Source: an uncultured Candidatus Saccharibacteria bacterium
Lineage (GTDB): Bacteria > Patescibacteriota > Minisyncoccia > Phycocordibacterales > UBA9973
Length of the DNA stretch: 64,000 nucleotides
Reading direction: 5' to 3'
Assembly (NCBI GenBank): GCA_964432275.1
Contig: CAYSMH010000002.1
Span: 9,418-73,417, forward strand
In this document: positions 9,668-19,669 of the stretch, piece after piece
Position numbering within the stretch: position 1 is the stretch's first letter
How the letters are laid out: every line of letters begins with the position of its first letter
Made by a program: the position numbers and the translations under genes
The notes under the pieces: generated by a model
Told to the model about the DNA's origin: nothing
What the model saw: only the letters and a program-made list of their open reading frames with translations
Databases searched by the model: none

Positions 9668-10740
9668 TCACGCTTAACGTCATCAAAATTTTCTTACCCA
9701 CTGCACTTGCCTTCCTTATAGGTATTGCGATCACGCCAAGACTCACGGATTTCATGTACAAGCATAAACTCTGGAGACGCCGACCCCGCACCGATGGAGA
9801 AACTATTACCAACACTGATTTTGCAAAACTCAACAACAGCCAAGCTGAAGTTTCAACACCGCGTGTAGGAGGTGTCATTATCTGGCTCTCAGTAACCGCA
9901 ACCATTGCACTTATGTGGATCGTATCACGAGTATTTCCTTCAGACCTTTCTACGAAGCTTGATTTTTATAGTCGTAGCCAAACTTTAGTACCTCTTGCAA
10001 GTCTTGTCTTTGGAAGCTTGCTTGGGCTCCTGGATGACTTTTTTGAAATACGAGGCAGAAGTGGGGTAACTCATGCCAATGACAAAGAGATCAAGTTTCG
10101 GTATATCAAGATTGGATTGATTTGTATCGTGGGGCTCGTTATCGGTGCATGGTTTTATGTGAAGCTTGGTATGACTGGTATTGCAATACCATTTACGGCT
10201 TCTACACTAACGCTTGGTAGTCTGTTTATTCCATTCTTCATTTTGATACTTGTTGCAGTATTTTCAGGAGGGGTGATCGATGGTATGGACGGCCTCGCAG
10301 GTGGAGTGCTTGCCATCATATTTGCTGCATATTCGATTATTGCATTTGGACAAAACCAGATCGACATTGCAGCATTTTGTGGGGTGATTGCTGGGGCAAT
10401 ATTGGCATTTTTATGGTTCAACATCCCACCTGCACGATTCTACATGGGCGAAACAGGTATGATGGGACTCCTTGTCGTACTCACTGTAGTTGCATTTCTC
10501 ACCGATACTGTGTTGTTACTCCCACTTATCGCATTTCCACTTGTTGCCTCAAGCGCATCTTCTCTTATCCAAATCTTTTCATACAAATATTGCGGCAAAC
10601 GACGCGTGTTTCGTGTAGCACCACTTCATCACCATTTCCATGCGATCGGTTGGTCTCGAGAAAAAATCGTTATGAGATACTGGGTTGTTAGTATTATTGT
10701 TGCGATCCTTGGTGTTGTAATCGCACTTATTAGTAATTAA
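9664..10740 (+). CDS. mraY: Phospho-N-acetylmuramoyl-pentapeptide transferase
   Basis: TPRVGG, GLLDD, DGMDGLA, FNIPPARFYMGETG, APLHHHF. Confidence 0.93.
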   Translation: MITLNVIKIFLPTALAFLIGIAITPRLTDFMYKHKLWRRRPRTDGETITNTDFAKLNNSQAEVSTPRVGGVIIWLSVTATIALMWIVSRVFPSDLSTKLDFYSRSQTLVPLASLVFGSLLGLLDDFFEIRGRSGVTHANDKEIKFRYIKIGLICIVGLVIGAWFYVKLGMTGIAIPFTASTLTLGSLFIPFFILILVAVFSGGVIDGMDGLAGGVLAIIFAAYSIIAFGQNQIDIAAFCGVIAGAILAFLWFNIPPARFYMGETGMMGLLVVLTVVAFLTDTVLLLPLIAFPLVASSASSLIQIFSYKYCGKRRVFRVAPLHHHFHAIGWSREKIVMRYWVVSIIVAILGVVIALISN

Positions 10741-10741
10741 T

Positions 10742-11866
10742 ATGCGAACAATTATCACAAAAGAATCTCAAAAACCCTTTGATCGATACTTTCTAGGGAT
10801 TGTGGCAGTTATCACCCTGATTGGCTTGTTTTCATTCGTATCGGCTAGTCTAGGGATTCTTGCAAAAAGTGAGAGCAAGTTTTACGGCGTATTGTTTAAC
10901 CAGTTAGTTCTTGGTCTAGTAGGCGGATCAATAGCGCTATGGGTAACTATGCACATCCCGTATGTACTCTGGCGAAAACATGCCTTTTATATATTCCTTG
11001 CGACACTTATTCTTACACTTCTTGTTTTTATTCCAAGTCTTGGATTTGAGCATGGAGGTGCACAGCGATGGATTTCTATTGGGGCACTCTCTTTTCAACC
11101 AGCAGAATTTCTCAAGCTTGGCTTTGTTATTTATTTTGCGACCTGGCTTGCGTGGACCCACAAACAAAAACAAGAACTACGATTTAAAATTCTACCCCTT
11201 ATCATTCTTTTAGGTATCGTTGCTGCTATTTTACTCAAACAGCCTGATACAAAAAGCCTGATACTGATCACAACCGCTGCATGTGCTATGTTATTTGTCT
11301 CTGGAGTTTCTTGGAAAAAGATAGGGATTATCGTTGCGGTGGGAATTATTGGAATCACTCTACTTGCATTCATTCGTCCATACGTAATGGAACGTATTGA
11401 AACATTTATTAATCCATCATCAGACCCACGCGGTTCATCCTATCAGCTACAGCAATCACTGATCGCTATCGGCTCAGGGGGTATGTTTGGGCGTGGGCTT
11501 GGACAGAGTGTACAAAAATTTGGCTACCTCCCAGAACCACAAGGTGACTCAGTGTTTGCGGTTATAGGTGAAGAGTGGGGGTTTATAGGTTCAGGTATAC
11601 TGGTTGTATTGTATATTTTCTTGGCAGTCCGAGGGCTCAAGATAGCACTGCGTGCACCAGATACCTTCGCACGGTATCTCGTTGTAGGTATCACTACGCT
11701 CATCACTGCGCAGTCATTTCTCAACATCGCATCTCTTCTTGGGCTTTTTCCACTGACCGGTGTGCCACTGGTTTTTATCTCTCACGGAGGTACATCGCTT
11801 GCGATCGCACTTGCAGCAGTCGGTATTATTCTTAATGTGTCAAGATACCAAAAAAAGGTATACTAA
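10742..11866 (+). CDS. ftsW: SEDS peptidoglycan glycosyltransferase FtsW
   Basis: GAQRWI, FQPAEFLK, QPD, LPEPQGDSVFA, PLTGVPLVFISHGGTS; between mraY and murG. Confidence 0.92.
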   Translation: MRTIITKESQKPFDRYFLGIVAVITLIGLFSFVSASLGILAKSESKFYGVLFNQLVLGLVGGSIALWVTMHIPYVLWRKHAFYIFLATLILTLLVFIPSLGFEHGGAQRWISIGALSFQPAEFLKLGFVIYFATWLAWTHKQKQELRFKILPLIILLGIVAAILLKQPDTKSLILITTAACAMLFVSGVSWKKIGIIVAVGIIGITLLAFIRPYVMERIETFINPSSDPRGSSYQLQQSLIAIGSGGMFGRGLGQSVQKFGYLPEPQGDSVFAVIGEEWGFIGSGILVVLYIFLAVRGLKIALRAPDTFARYLVVGITTLITAQSFLNIASLLGLFPLTGVPLVFISHGGTSLAIALAAVGIILNVSRYQKKVY

Positions 11867-11873
11867 TAGTCAT

Positions 11874-13010
11874 ATGAAAATCCTACTCACAGGCGGCGGC
11901 ACTGGCGGACATTTCTACCCACTTATAGCGATTGCCGAAGAACTCAACAAGCTGGCAGACGAAGAGCGCATCATCAACATGAAGCTCTATTACATGTCAG
12001 ATAAACCATATGACCCTGATATACTCGAGGAGCAATTCATTACATTTATCCCAATTACTGCAGGGAAGCTGCGCATATATTTCTCGTTTAGAAATATACT
12101 CGACATTGGTAAAACGATCATTGGAGTCATCACGAGCTTGTTCAAGGTGTTTAAACTCTACCCTGACGTTATTATTTCTAAGGGTGGCTATGCAGCATTT
12201 CCAGTACTTGTGGCAGCGAAACTTCTCCGTATACCAACCATTATTCACGAGAGTGATACCGTACCGGGAAGAGTAAACAAATGGTCGGGTACATTTGCTC
12301 GACGTATTGCGCTCTCGTATCCTGAAGCAGCGCAATACTTCGACTCAAAAAAAATAGCAGTAACAGGGCAACCGGTTCGCAAAAACTTTATTCACCCCGT
12401 ACGCGAAGGTGCTAAAGAATTTTTTGAACTTCCCAACAACTTACCTGTAATCGGTATCTATGCAGGATCACTCGGAGCAAAAGCAATCAATGACGTAGTT
12501 GTAAATATCGTTCCTGAGTTAATAAAAAAGTATCAAATTATCCATCAAACAGGGGAGAAAACTTATGACGATGTTACTACTGAAGTACGCATCTCTCTTG
12601 GAGATGACACCAAGCGTAGTCGATACAAGGCATTCAAATCACTCAACAGTGTTCAATCCAAAGTGTTTGCAGGAGCAGTAGATCTCGTCATCGGCCGTGC
12701 AGGTTCTAGTATATTTGAGTTTGCAGCATGGGGTAAACCATCTATTATCATTCCTGGTAGAGGTGAAGTATTTCATGGAGATCATCAACGCAAAAATGCA
12801 TACCACTATGCACGTACCGGTGCTTGTGTAGTCATTGAAGAGACAAACCTTACTGCATCAGTACTATTGAGTGAAATTGAATCTATTTTAAGCAATAAAG
12901 AGCTTTATGAGGCTATGAGTAAGCATGCCCATGATTTCTTTATTCCTACTGCAAGTCGAATGATCGCAACCGAAGCACTAACTATTGCTCTATCTCACGA
13001 GAAACAATAA
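11874..13010 (+). CDS. murG: MurG GlcNAc transferase
   Basis: MKILLTGGGTGGHFYP, KGGY, IHESD, TGQPVR, GSLGA, HQRKNA. Confidence 0.95.
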   Translation: MKILLTGGGTGGHFYPLIAIAEELNKLADEERIINMKLYYMSDKPYDPDILEEQFITFIPITAGKLRIYFSFRNILDIGKTIIGVITSLFKVFKLYPDVIISKGGYAAFPVLVAAKLLRIPTIIHESDTVPGRVNKWSGTFARRIALSYPEAAQYFDSKKIAVTGQPVRKNFIHPVREGAKEFFELPNNLPVIGIYAGSLGAKAINDVVVNIVPELIKKYQIIHQTGEKTYDDVTTEVRISLGDDTKRSRYKAFKSLNSVQSKVFAGAVDLVIGRAGSSIFEFAAWGKPSIIIPGRGEVFHGDHQRKNAYHYARTGACVVIEETNLTASVLLSEIESILSNKELYEAMSKHAHDFFIPTASRMIATEALTIALSHEKQ

Positions 13011-13848
13011 AACCTTTTTGCTGTGCGTATACATACGTAAACGATGCTCCCAAGAAAAATATCTGAGCAGAGTAATATATCCATACCAACATACCTACAA
13101 GGGAGGATGCTCCTCCAAAAACGTCTGTGTGTACCAAAAGTTTGATGTACTCTGTAATGAGTATATTTCCTACCATAAACAGTACAGACGTAATACATGC
13201 CCCCATACAGACGACGCTCCACGGCAAGGTACGATTTGGCAGTACTCGATAGATAACCATAAACAAAATAGTACTCAAAACAAGTGGTACAACAACTTGA
13301 AACAGTGAGGCAACAAACGAGAGTTGCGGGAGTAAGTTTACGGTAGACTGTGCAATAGAAATGAAAAAAGTGAGTCCAATTGATACTGCAAGAAGAATTG
13401 CAAGAAGAGGAATGAAGGCTAGTACGGCTATTTTCTCATGAAGAAATATGCCTATCTTGCGAAGGAGAGAAGTATGCTTCTTTTTCAGTAAAGGTGTGAC
13501 ATCCCAAAGTTCATCAAGATCACGATCGAGCTCCGAAAACACACCAATAGCACCGATTAGAAATATTGTCGCACTGACCATGGCTGCACTGACCGAAATA
13601 TCTTGGAGTGGAGTATTGTGAAGTATTTCACTGATATACAACGAAGCATTGCTTCCTACGGTTACTACGAGCTGGTGCATCAATGCATTTTCAACAACAT
13701 CTTTACTAAAAAGTAGTGCTGCAGCACTCACTACCAGCACAATAAGAGGTACGAATGAGAGCATCGCATAGTAGGAGAGTGCTGCACCCATTCTTGGTGC
13801 GTTATGACTATTCCAGTGTCGGAAAGATTTAAGTATGAGAGTTTTCAT
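12982..13848 (-). CDS. YihY/virulence factor BrkB family membrane protein
   Basis: GAALSYYAMLSFVP, IYRVLP, FGGASSLVGMLVWIYYSAQIFFLGA. Confidence 0.9.
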   Translation of the reverse strand: MKTLILKSFRHWNSHNAPRMGAALSYYAMLSFVPLIVLVVSAAALLFSKDVVENALMHQLVVTVGSNASLYISEILHNTPLQDISVSAAMVSATIFLIGAIGVFSELDRDLDELWDVTPLLKKKHTSLLRKIGIFLHEKIAVLAFIPLLAILLAVSIGLTFFISIAQSTVNLLPQLSFVASLFQVVVPLVLSTILFMVIYRVLPNRTLPWSVVCMGACITSVLFMVGNILITEYIKLLVHTDVFGGASSLVGMLVWIYYSAQIFFLGASFTYVYAQQKGFIVSREIEQ

Positions 13849-13882
13849 ACCTTGTAGTATATATGTTTTTTGAAATTTAGAC

Positions 13883-13891
13883 TTATCCACA
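13883..13891 (+). promoter_or_regulatory. DnaA-box consensus in the yihY/lexA divergent intergenic region
   Basis: Exact TTATCCACA; single copy, function unproven. Confidence 0.35.
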
Positions 13892-13900
13892 GCTTTTTTC

Positions 13901-13929
13901 TTGCATGTGAACGAACGTTCACCTATACT
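13901..13929 (+). promoter_or_regulatory. Promoter of the lexA operon with an SOS box in the spacer
   Basis: TTGCAT-17 nt-TATACT; spacer is the palindrome GTGAAC-GAAC-GTTCAC (GAAC-N4-GTTC, 13907-13922). Confidence 0.8.
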
Positions 13930-13974
13930 CAATACAGGTCGCGATTATTATAAATAACTTGTCTTACCACTTTT

Positions 13975-14163
13975 ATGACACGACACCAATACACACAAAA
14001 CATTCACAAACAACTACAAGCACTAAACAAAAGGATCGATTATAAAATCATGCACGGACAGAGTTATATAGATGATTCTCGCCGTCACAAAGCACTCTTA
14101 CGTCAAATCAGCCGACAAACAAAGCAAGGATTCCTCGCACGTTTATTTCCAAGTCTCGCATAA
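13975..14163 (+). CDS. Small basic protein, first gene of the lexA operon
   Basis: 62-aa ORF after SOS promoter; C-terminal amphipathic GFLARLF. Confidence 0.7.
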   Translation: MTRHQYTQNIHKQLQALNKRIDYKIMHGQSYIDDSRRHKALLRQISRQTKQGFLARLFPSLA

Positions 14164-14168
14164 CTACT

Positions 14169-14354
14169 ATGAACACCCCATTTAAATCACTTATACATCA
14201 AGAAATGCTCCGTCTTGAGCAGTTGGTACACGAAAAAGACTCATTTTCAGGAAGCCTAACCCGATACGCTCGAAAAAACGGTATACTTCTTAACAAGCGC
14301 AAGCCTACATGGGGATGGTTCTCTATGGTTCGCGTTATGCAATTTCTCCTATAA
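14169..14354 (+). CDS. Small protein, probable paralogue of 13975..14163
   Basis: 61-aa ORF tightly packed between neighbours; ungapped similarity to preceding ORF. Confidence 0.6.
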   Translation: MNTPFKSLIHQEMLRLEQLVHEKDSFSGSLTRYARKNGILLNKRKPTWGWFSMVRVMQFLL

Positions 14355-14368
14355 CAATTATTACCACT

Positions 14369-14932
14369 ATGGATACCGACTACAAGAACAAACTTATCGC
14401 ATTTCATCACAGTCATAAACGTATGCCAACATACACTGAAATGCTGTCACTCTTTGGATTCAAATCCAAAAATGCTGTCGCACGTCTCGTCAATAAAATG
14501 ATTGCAGCAGGTATTGTCACCAAGGATAGGCTTGGAAAGCTTCTTCCTACTTCAATGTTTGATAGTATTCCACTTCTCGGCTCAGTCAAAGCAGGGTTTC
14601 CTTCTGCGGTAGATGAAGTTCTAGAATCGCTCAACCTTGAAGACTACCTAATCAAGAAAAAACGTGAGACGTACATGGTAGAAGTCGACGGAGATTCCAT
14701 GATAGAAGAGCATATCTGTGATGGTGACATTGTAATCGCAGAACGCACCAATATTGCTAAAAACGGTGATATCGTCATCGCAAATATTGACGGAGAATTC
14801 ACTATGAAATACCTACGTATCGATGGCAAAAAAAGTTGGCTCGAACCAGCGAACAAAGCATTCAAAGCTATGCACCCAAAAGAAAGTCTTACGGTGGTCG
14901 CTATTATTAGAGGAGTAATTCGTAAATACTAA
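14369..14932 (+). CDS. lexA: LexA repressor
   Basis: HTH (MPTYTEM..FGFKSKNAV), AG cleavage site VKAGFP, GDSM Ser, TMK Lys. Confidence 0.9.
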   Translation: MDTDYKNKLIAFHHSHKRMPTYTEMLSLFGFKSKNAVARLVNKMIAAGIVTKDRLGKLLPTSMFDSIPLLGSVKAGFPSAVDEVLESLNLEDYLIKKKRETYMVEVDGDSMIEEHICDGDIVIAERTNIAKNGDIVIANIDGEFTMKYLRIDGKKSWLEPANKAFKAMHPKESLTVVAIIRGVIRKY

Positions 14933-15855
14933 CCGGGAGCTTCAACAGATGCTCGATTTGCAGCCTCCTTCTGTATGACAGGGAGGTTTTCTGTTATCAG
15001 AGTATTGAGTTCATCACTTGTAAGTGTTGTTGCGGTAGGATCTTGGGCAAGTTTTTTCCATGGAGCAGTCTTGTTGTATGCATATTCTCCAAAGACAATA
15101 ACAGGAGTACCTGAGGCAAGTTGTGTACTCTCATCAGATGAAAGAATCCACTGCTTTGCCCAGTCATAGACCCACTGTGCATCTTTTTCTGTCATGCGCA
15201 CACATGAGTGACTTGCAGGGTATCCAGGAAGTTCGTATTGGTGGAGTGAAATACCTTCCATGTTATCGAGGTTGAAATACCACGGCAAAATCCATTCATC
15301 TTGGATACTACTGACAACAAGCTTACCTTTCCAGTTTGTGAAATAGAGTTTGCTTGGAGTGGGGGTGTCTTTTTTGCCAGTACTAGTTACCATCCAGCGT
15401 ACGAGGGTGCCGTTTTCATATGCACCAATTGCTTGAATACGTTGAGAAACAAGCAGGAGTTGTGGGATATCTTTTGCTGCATCAAGGACTTGTGGGAACG
15501 GGGAAAGCGCGTCCCAATTGGTAAGATCTGAAGGAATAGTAATAGTTGTATTTTTAGAAATATGTTTATCATCCAAACGATTAAACGTAAGAACAAACCC
15601 GACATTGGAAAGACCAACCTCACGAGCAATCTCAGCACCTGGAGTATCGGTAGTAACAACTATACTGCGGTACGTAACCTTTGCTGGGGGAGTAATAGGT
15701 GCAGCCGGTTCAATTGGTTTTTCAACCAGCGGAGTATCAAGTACTACCGACACAGCATGATCTGGATGAATAGCTAGAACATACAAACCTGCACCCAGCA
15801 CAACAAGTGCAAGTGTCGAGACGACATGATGTCGTTGTAGCTTTTTATGCTTCAT
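14929..15855 (-). CDS. L,D-transpeptidase family protein
   Basis: N-terminal anchor, STG, HQYELPGYPASHSCVRM (YkuD motif). Confidence 0.9.
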   Translation of the reverse strand: MKHKKLQRHHVVSTLALVVLGAGLYVLAIHPDHAVSVVLDTPLVEKPIEPAAPITPPAKVTYRSIVVTTDTPGAEIAREVGLSNVGFVLTFNRLDDKHISKNTTITIPSDLTNWDALSPFPQVLDAAKDIPQLLLVSQRIQAIGAYENGTLVRWMVTSTGKKDTPTPSKLYFTNWKGKLVVSSIQDEWILPWYFNLDNMEGISLHQYELPGYPASHSCVRMTEKDAQWVYDWAKQWILSSDESTQLASGTPVIVFGEYAYNKTAPWKKLAQDPTATTLTSDELNTLITENLPVIQKEAANRASVEAPG

Positions 15856-15879
15856 ATATGTATTGTAACGCACAACGAC

Positions 15880-16491
15880 CTATTTTCTTACACTACGATG
15901 CTCAACCAATTTTCCTGCTGCTATTTCTACTTTGTCAGCCCTGCGTAGTTTGATACCTACTGGGAGAATAGAAATATGAGGACTATCATCAAGATCCGCA
16001 CCAATATCCCACAGATCCTCAACACTCGTGACCCACTCAGTACCGTAGCTGATCAAAGAGAAAGGTTGCGAATAGTCTCGCATAGTCTTTTCGCCTGTAT
16101 CAAGAAAATACTCATGAAAATAAGACAACGCAAGCTCACGAATAGTCTTGTACACAGGTTCTCGATATCGAAGTACTGCATGGTTGGTCTTGGAAATCGC
16201 ACCCCAACATCCATTTTTCTTAAACAGTGCAACAACATGATCAAGATCATTGCGAGTACTGCGCAAATCAAGCAATAGCGGCTTCTCTCCGTGGTACCAC
16301 AACACTGCTGCTGCCAAACATGCCCCCTCCAAACAATGCGCTTTTTTATGAATAAGAACTTCACGAGGAGACCTACAGGTTTCACCATTAGTTTCAAAGT
16401 TATATGGGAGTGTATTGAGAAAATCCTGAATTTTGGCAGGAGTTGAGAGCTTCTTAAACAAACGCTCTTCATCAGATCTAAGACCGAACAT
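15880..16491 (-). CDS. Conserved hypothetical protein, transglutaminase/cysteine-protease-like
   Basis: AHCLEGA...DHVVALF...WGAISK pattern. Confidence 0.75.
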   Translation of the reverse strand: MFGLRSDEERLFKKLSTPAKIQDFLNTLPYNFETNGETCRSPREVLIHKKAHCLEGACLAAAVLWYHGEKPLLLDLRSTRNDLDHVVALFKKNGCWGAISKTNHAVLRYREPVYKTIRELALSYFHEYFLDTGEKTMRDYSQPFSLISYGTEWVTSVEDLWDIGADLDDSPHISILPVGIKLRRADKVEIAAGKLVEHRSVRK

Positions 16492-16510
16492 ACTCTAGTA
16501 TAGCAAAAGC

Positions 16511-17215
16511 TTATGCTTTCAGTTGTGCTATATCATTCTCATAGAGCTTTTTCAAAGCACCAGGCTTCATTGTACCTACCAAAAGGTGTCCGATTGCAAT
16601 ACGCGTCAAAGACTCGATTGTAAGTTTACACACATCACACATGCGTCTGATCTGATGTTTACGGCCTTCGTGAAGTGTAATCAAAAATGACGAACGAGAC
16701 TTGCGCACTGCTACCGCCGGCTTTGTTTTTACCTTATCAAGCATGATACCTTTAGCCATTTTTTCTATAGCAGCATCAGAAATGTTTTCTCGGACAACTA
16801 CAAGATATGTTTTTCCAACACGTGAATTGTCTTTAGTTAGTGCCTTTGTCAGCGTTCCATCATTAGTCAGTATAATGAGTCCTGCAGTTTCTTTATCGAG
16901 CCGACCAACAGGTGCAAGATGGCGCAGGGTAGGGAACGTATCGTGTAGATCTTTAGACTTAGGACTTGTTTTAGAGGTTTCGACGCCAATAGGTTTATAT
17001 ACGAGATATGACTCTTTGTTTTTTTGGCCCAAAACTTGTATCACATCTGTACCGACTCTTATACCAAAACCTGGCTCGGTAACAATTTTTCCATTTACTT
17101 GTACCAATTTTTTAGCAATTAGATCTTTTGCCTCGCGTCGTGAAGCTACCCCTTGGTGAGCGATGACTCGCTCTAGTCGTTCGTAACCAAGAGGTAGGGT
17201 AGAGCTAGATTTCAT
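16511..17215 (-). CDS. rRNA pseudouridine synthase (RsuA/RluB family)
   Basis: S4 domain (GVASRREA), VGRLDKETAGL, LHEGRKHQIRRM. Confidence 0.93.
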   Translation of the reverse strand: MKSSSTLPLGYERLERVIAHQGVASRREAKDLIAKKLVQVNGKIVTEPGFGIRVGTDVIQVLGQKNKESYLVYKPIGVETSKTSPKSKDLHDTFPTLRHLAPVGRLDKETAGLIILTNDGTLTKALTKDNSRVGKTYLVVVRENISDAAIEKMAKGIMLDKVKTKPAVAVRKSRSSFLITLHEGRKHQIRRMCDVCKLTIESLTRIAIGHLLVGTMKPGALKKLYENDIAQLKA

Positions 17216-17289
17216 ACGGTAAGTATAACAAAAATAAAAACATATGTACACAAGAAGTCAAGATGACATACGGTGTATGATACGGCCAT

Positions 17290-17640
17290 ATGCAGACAGA
17301 CACCAATTACAAACCATTTTTAACCGCGCTTATTATCATTGGAATTATCATCATTATCATGCTGGCACGTCCTCGTATAGGGCAGCAGCGCTCATACTCT
17401 ATGAGTGGATACAACCTCAGTGCCAGTACAACGCGCTATATGCCTATAGAGCCTCCACGAGGCACATATAGCGTGATTCGCTACGTTCCTGAGCACCGTA
17501 CCACTCGATACTCTGTACCGACCTCATACAGCTACTCATACACGGACGGATACGCTCCAGATACGAGTGGGACCATGTTTCCAGATGGCTGCACTCTCAC
17601 GAGCCCATACAGTCTCACGACGGGGCTACCGTGTAGCTAA
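17290..17640 (+). CDS. Hypothetical membrane-anchored Tyr/Ser/Thr-rich protein
   Basis: N-terminal TM helix, C-terminal GC..S..TG.PC motif, followed by terminator. Confidence 0.65.
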   Translation: MQTDTNYKPFLTALIIIGIIIIIMLARPRIGQQRSYSMSGYNLSASTTRYMPIEPPRGTYSVIRYVPEHRTTRYSVPTSYSYSYTDGYAPDTSGTMFPDGCTLTSPYSLTTGLPCS

Positions 17641-17650
17641 ACATATCAAA

Positions 17651-17681
17651 TAAAAATCCCCGCAATATGCGGGGATTTTTA
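17651..17681. terminator. Bidirectional terminator
   Basis: TAAAAATCCCCGCA-ATA-TGCGGGGATTTTTA. Confidence 0.85.
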
Positions 17682-18260
17682 TTATGGATTATTGAGCGGT
17701 GCTACATAAGCATTATAGTCAGCACACCAAGCTGCTGCATCTTGTGGTGTACTAAAGTCTGATTTTTTTGCACCTGGTTTAAATTTATAACTACCAAACG
17801 GAAATGCTTTTTTCCATTCTTGCCACCCATAAGTTACAGTGTTACCAACAGCTACACAATGACGTCGATCTGGGCGACTAAAGAAAAGCATTGTTGTAGG
17901 TACTGGGGTAGTAAGGGTTGTTTCAGGGGTCAATACGGAAATACCTCCAATAATTACCGGGGGTGTAAGCACTGTAGATCCTGACGCTGAAAACTTAGAG
18001 CTATTAGTTGAGGTGTTGGTAGTTGTGATTATTGTAGAATTAGAAATATCCACAGGATCTATTGGCTGTCCACTAGATCCAGTGGTCGTGTTCCGCAATT
18101 TTACCGCACCACTGTTATTAGTAGCCGGTTGAATTTTTTGAGAATCTTGCTGTAGTAAGCGACTTGACTGAGCGGGTTGTGCATCAATACCACTAGAGAG
18201 CCCCATAGTAATCACTGCAACTGCAACGATTACAACAATAGTGCCGATTACTTTTTTCAT
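17682..18260 (-). CDS. Hypothetical secreted protein (Thr/Ser-rich linker, C-terminal Cys pair)
   Basis: Signal-peptide-like N-terminus; promoter TTGACG-17-TATAAT at 18300-18328. Confidence 0.75.
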   Translation of the reverse strand: MKKVIGTIVVIVAVAVITMGLSSGIDAQPAQSSRLLQQDSQKIQPATNNSGAVKLRNTTTGSSGQPIDPVDISNSTIITTTNTSTNSSKFSASGSTVLTPPVIIGGISVLTPETTLTTPVPTTMLFFSRPDRRHCVAVGNTVTYGWQEWKKAFPFGSYKFKPGAKKSDFSTPQDAAAWCADYNAYVAPLNNP

Positions 18261-18369
18261 TGAAATAAAAACATATTATATTAAACAGATAATGTACATA
18301 TTATACTTTACATGAATAAAACCGTCAAAAAAGCCTCCTAATGTAAGGAGGCTTCAACTCTTGATTATT

Positions 18370-18852
18370 TTAATAAATATAATCAAAAATTTGTACTACG
18401 TTTCGACGTGCTTTCTTAAACAATCTTTTTTTTGACATTAAATGCGTTCGAGCTCTAAGTCTACCAAAAAATAAGAACGTGCGTCTAACTGTGACTACAC
18501 TAACAAACAAACCTTTTGCTTCTATCACATTGTACCCGTCAATTAATAACGCTTGGTGGGTTAAAAACAAATTACAAAATCCAACCGCTTCGTTAATCGA
18601 AAGTGCCGTATCTGGAGAATGATTATACGTCCCAGGAAAATAAAGAATAATTTTTGGTGAAAAAATATTCTTTACTAATGAACCTGAGGGGTGCATTGCA
18701 GCATTTTCCATCATACGCTCCATTTTTCTTCCGTAATCTACGTCCATATTTATAGCCATTTCAGGCAGTACAACAGGGGGTACAACAATGCTGTCTTGAG
18801 CATTTGTTAAAAGCATAGTCAGACAAAGAACTACCGTGAAAAGTGCTTTCAT
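18370..18852 (-). CDS. Hypothetical secreted protein
   Basis: MKALFTVVLCLTMLLTNA-QD signal peptide; promoter TTGACA-17-TATAGT at 18876-18904; hairpin 18331-18354 downstream. Confidence 0.7.
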   Translation of the reverse strand: MKALFTVVLCLTMLLTNAQDSIVVPPVVLPEMAINMDVDYGRKMERMMENAAMHPSGSLVKNIFSPKIILYFPGTYNHSPDTALSINEAVGFCNLFLTHQALLIDGYNVIEAKGLFVSVVTVRRTFLFFGRLRARTHLMSKKRLFKKARRNVVQIFDYIY

Positions 18853-18952
18853 GATACATAATTTTAGTTTACAACACTATAAAGTGATATAGGTATATTG
18901 TCAATAGATACGCAAATTGCACTGTACGAATACCATTGATACACTTTTATAC

Positions 18953-19618
18953 ATGAACATGCTCATTGTTGAGGATGACGCTGATATACGATCGTATCTT
19001 TGTGAAGCATTTACTGATGAAGGGTTTATAGTCGACGAAGCTTCAGATGGATACGTAGGTCTGCAAAAAGCTCGTATCTCGTCATACGACATAATCGTCC
19101 TTGATTACAACCTCCCACACAAATCTGGTGGAGATATTTGCAAAGAATTACGCCAAAGCAACAGTACGAGTCGTATCATTATACTATCAGTCGTTGGAAC
19201 TATTCCAATAAAAGTTGACTTGCTCAACAGTGGCGCTGATGATTATCTAACTAAGCCGTTTGTATTTGGCGAACTTCTCGCACGAGTACGAGCACTTTTG
19301 CGAAGACCTACCAAACTCAAAGAACGAATGATACGCATCGGCAGTATTACGCTCGATATCGACCGACACCTTGTCACGAAAAAAGACGCTATAGTACTAC
19401 TGACTCCCAAAGAGTTTGCATTACTTGAATATTTTATGTGTCACGCAGGACAAATACTCTCACGCATGACGATACTTGAGCATGTATGGGGAGTAAATGC
19501 AGATCCATGCACCAACACCATCGAAACCCATGTACTAAATCTACGACGGAAGCTCAATGATCAAAACAAAGAGCTTATCCACACGATTCCCGGCGTCGGC
19601 TATAAACTAGTAGGGTAG
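18953..19618 (+). CDS. OmpR/PhoB-family response regulator
   Basis: LIVEDD, IVLDYNLP, GADDYLTKPF, LTPKEFALL, TIPGVGYKL. Confidence 0.95.
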   Translation: MNMLIVEDDADIRSYLCEAFTDEGFIVDEASDGYVGLQKARISSYDIIVLDYNLPHKSGGDICKELRQSNSTSRIIILSVVGTIPIKVDLLNSGADDYLTKPFVFGELLARVRALLRRPTKLKERMIRIGSITLDIDRHLVTKKDAIVLLTPKEFALLEYFMCHAGQILSRMTILEHVWGVNADPCTNTIETHVLNLRRKLNDQNKELIHTIPGVGYKLVG

Positions 19619-19669
19619 TAATACGCTATACTGCACTTATAGAGGATACGTGAGTCCCAAATATGGTTC

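Noticed and set aside
13883-13891. Replication origin
   Set aside because: Single DnaA box; other TTATCCACA matches (~19575, 55591, 60451) are inside genes; no box cluster or dnaA
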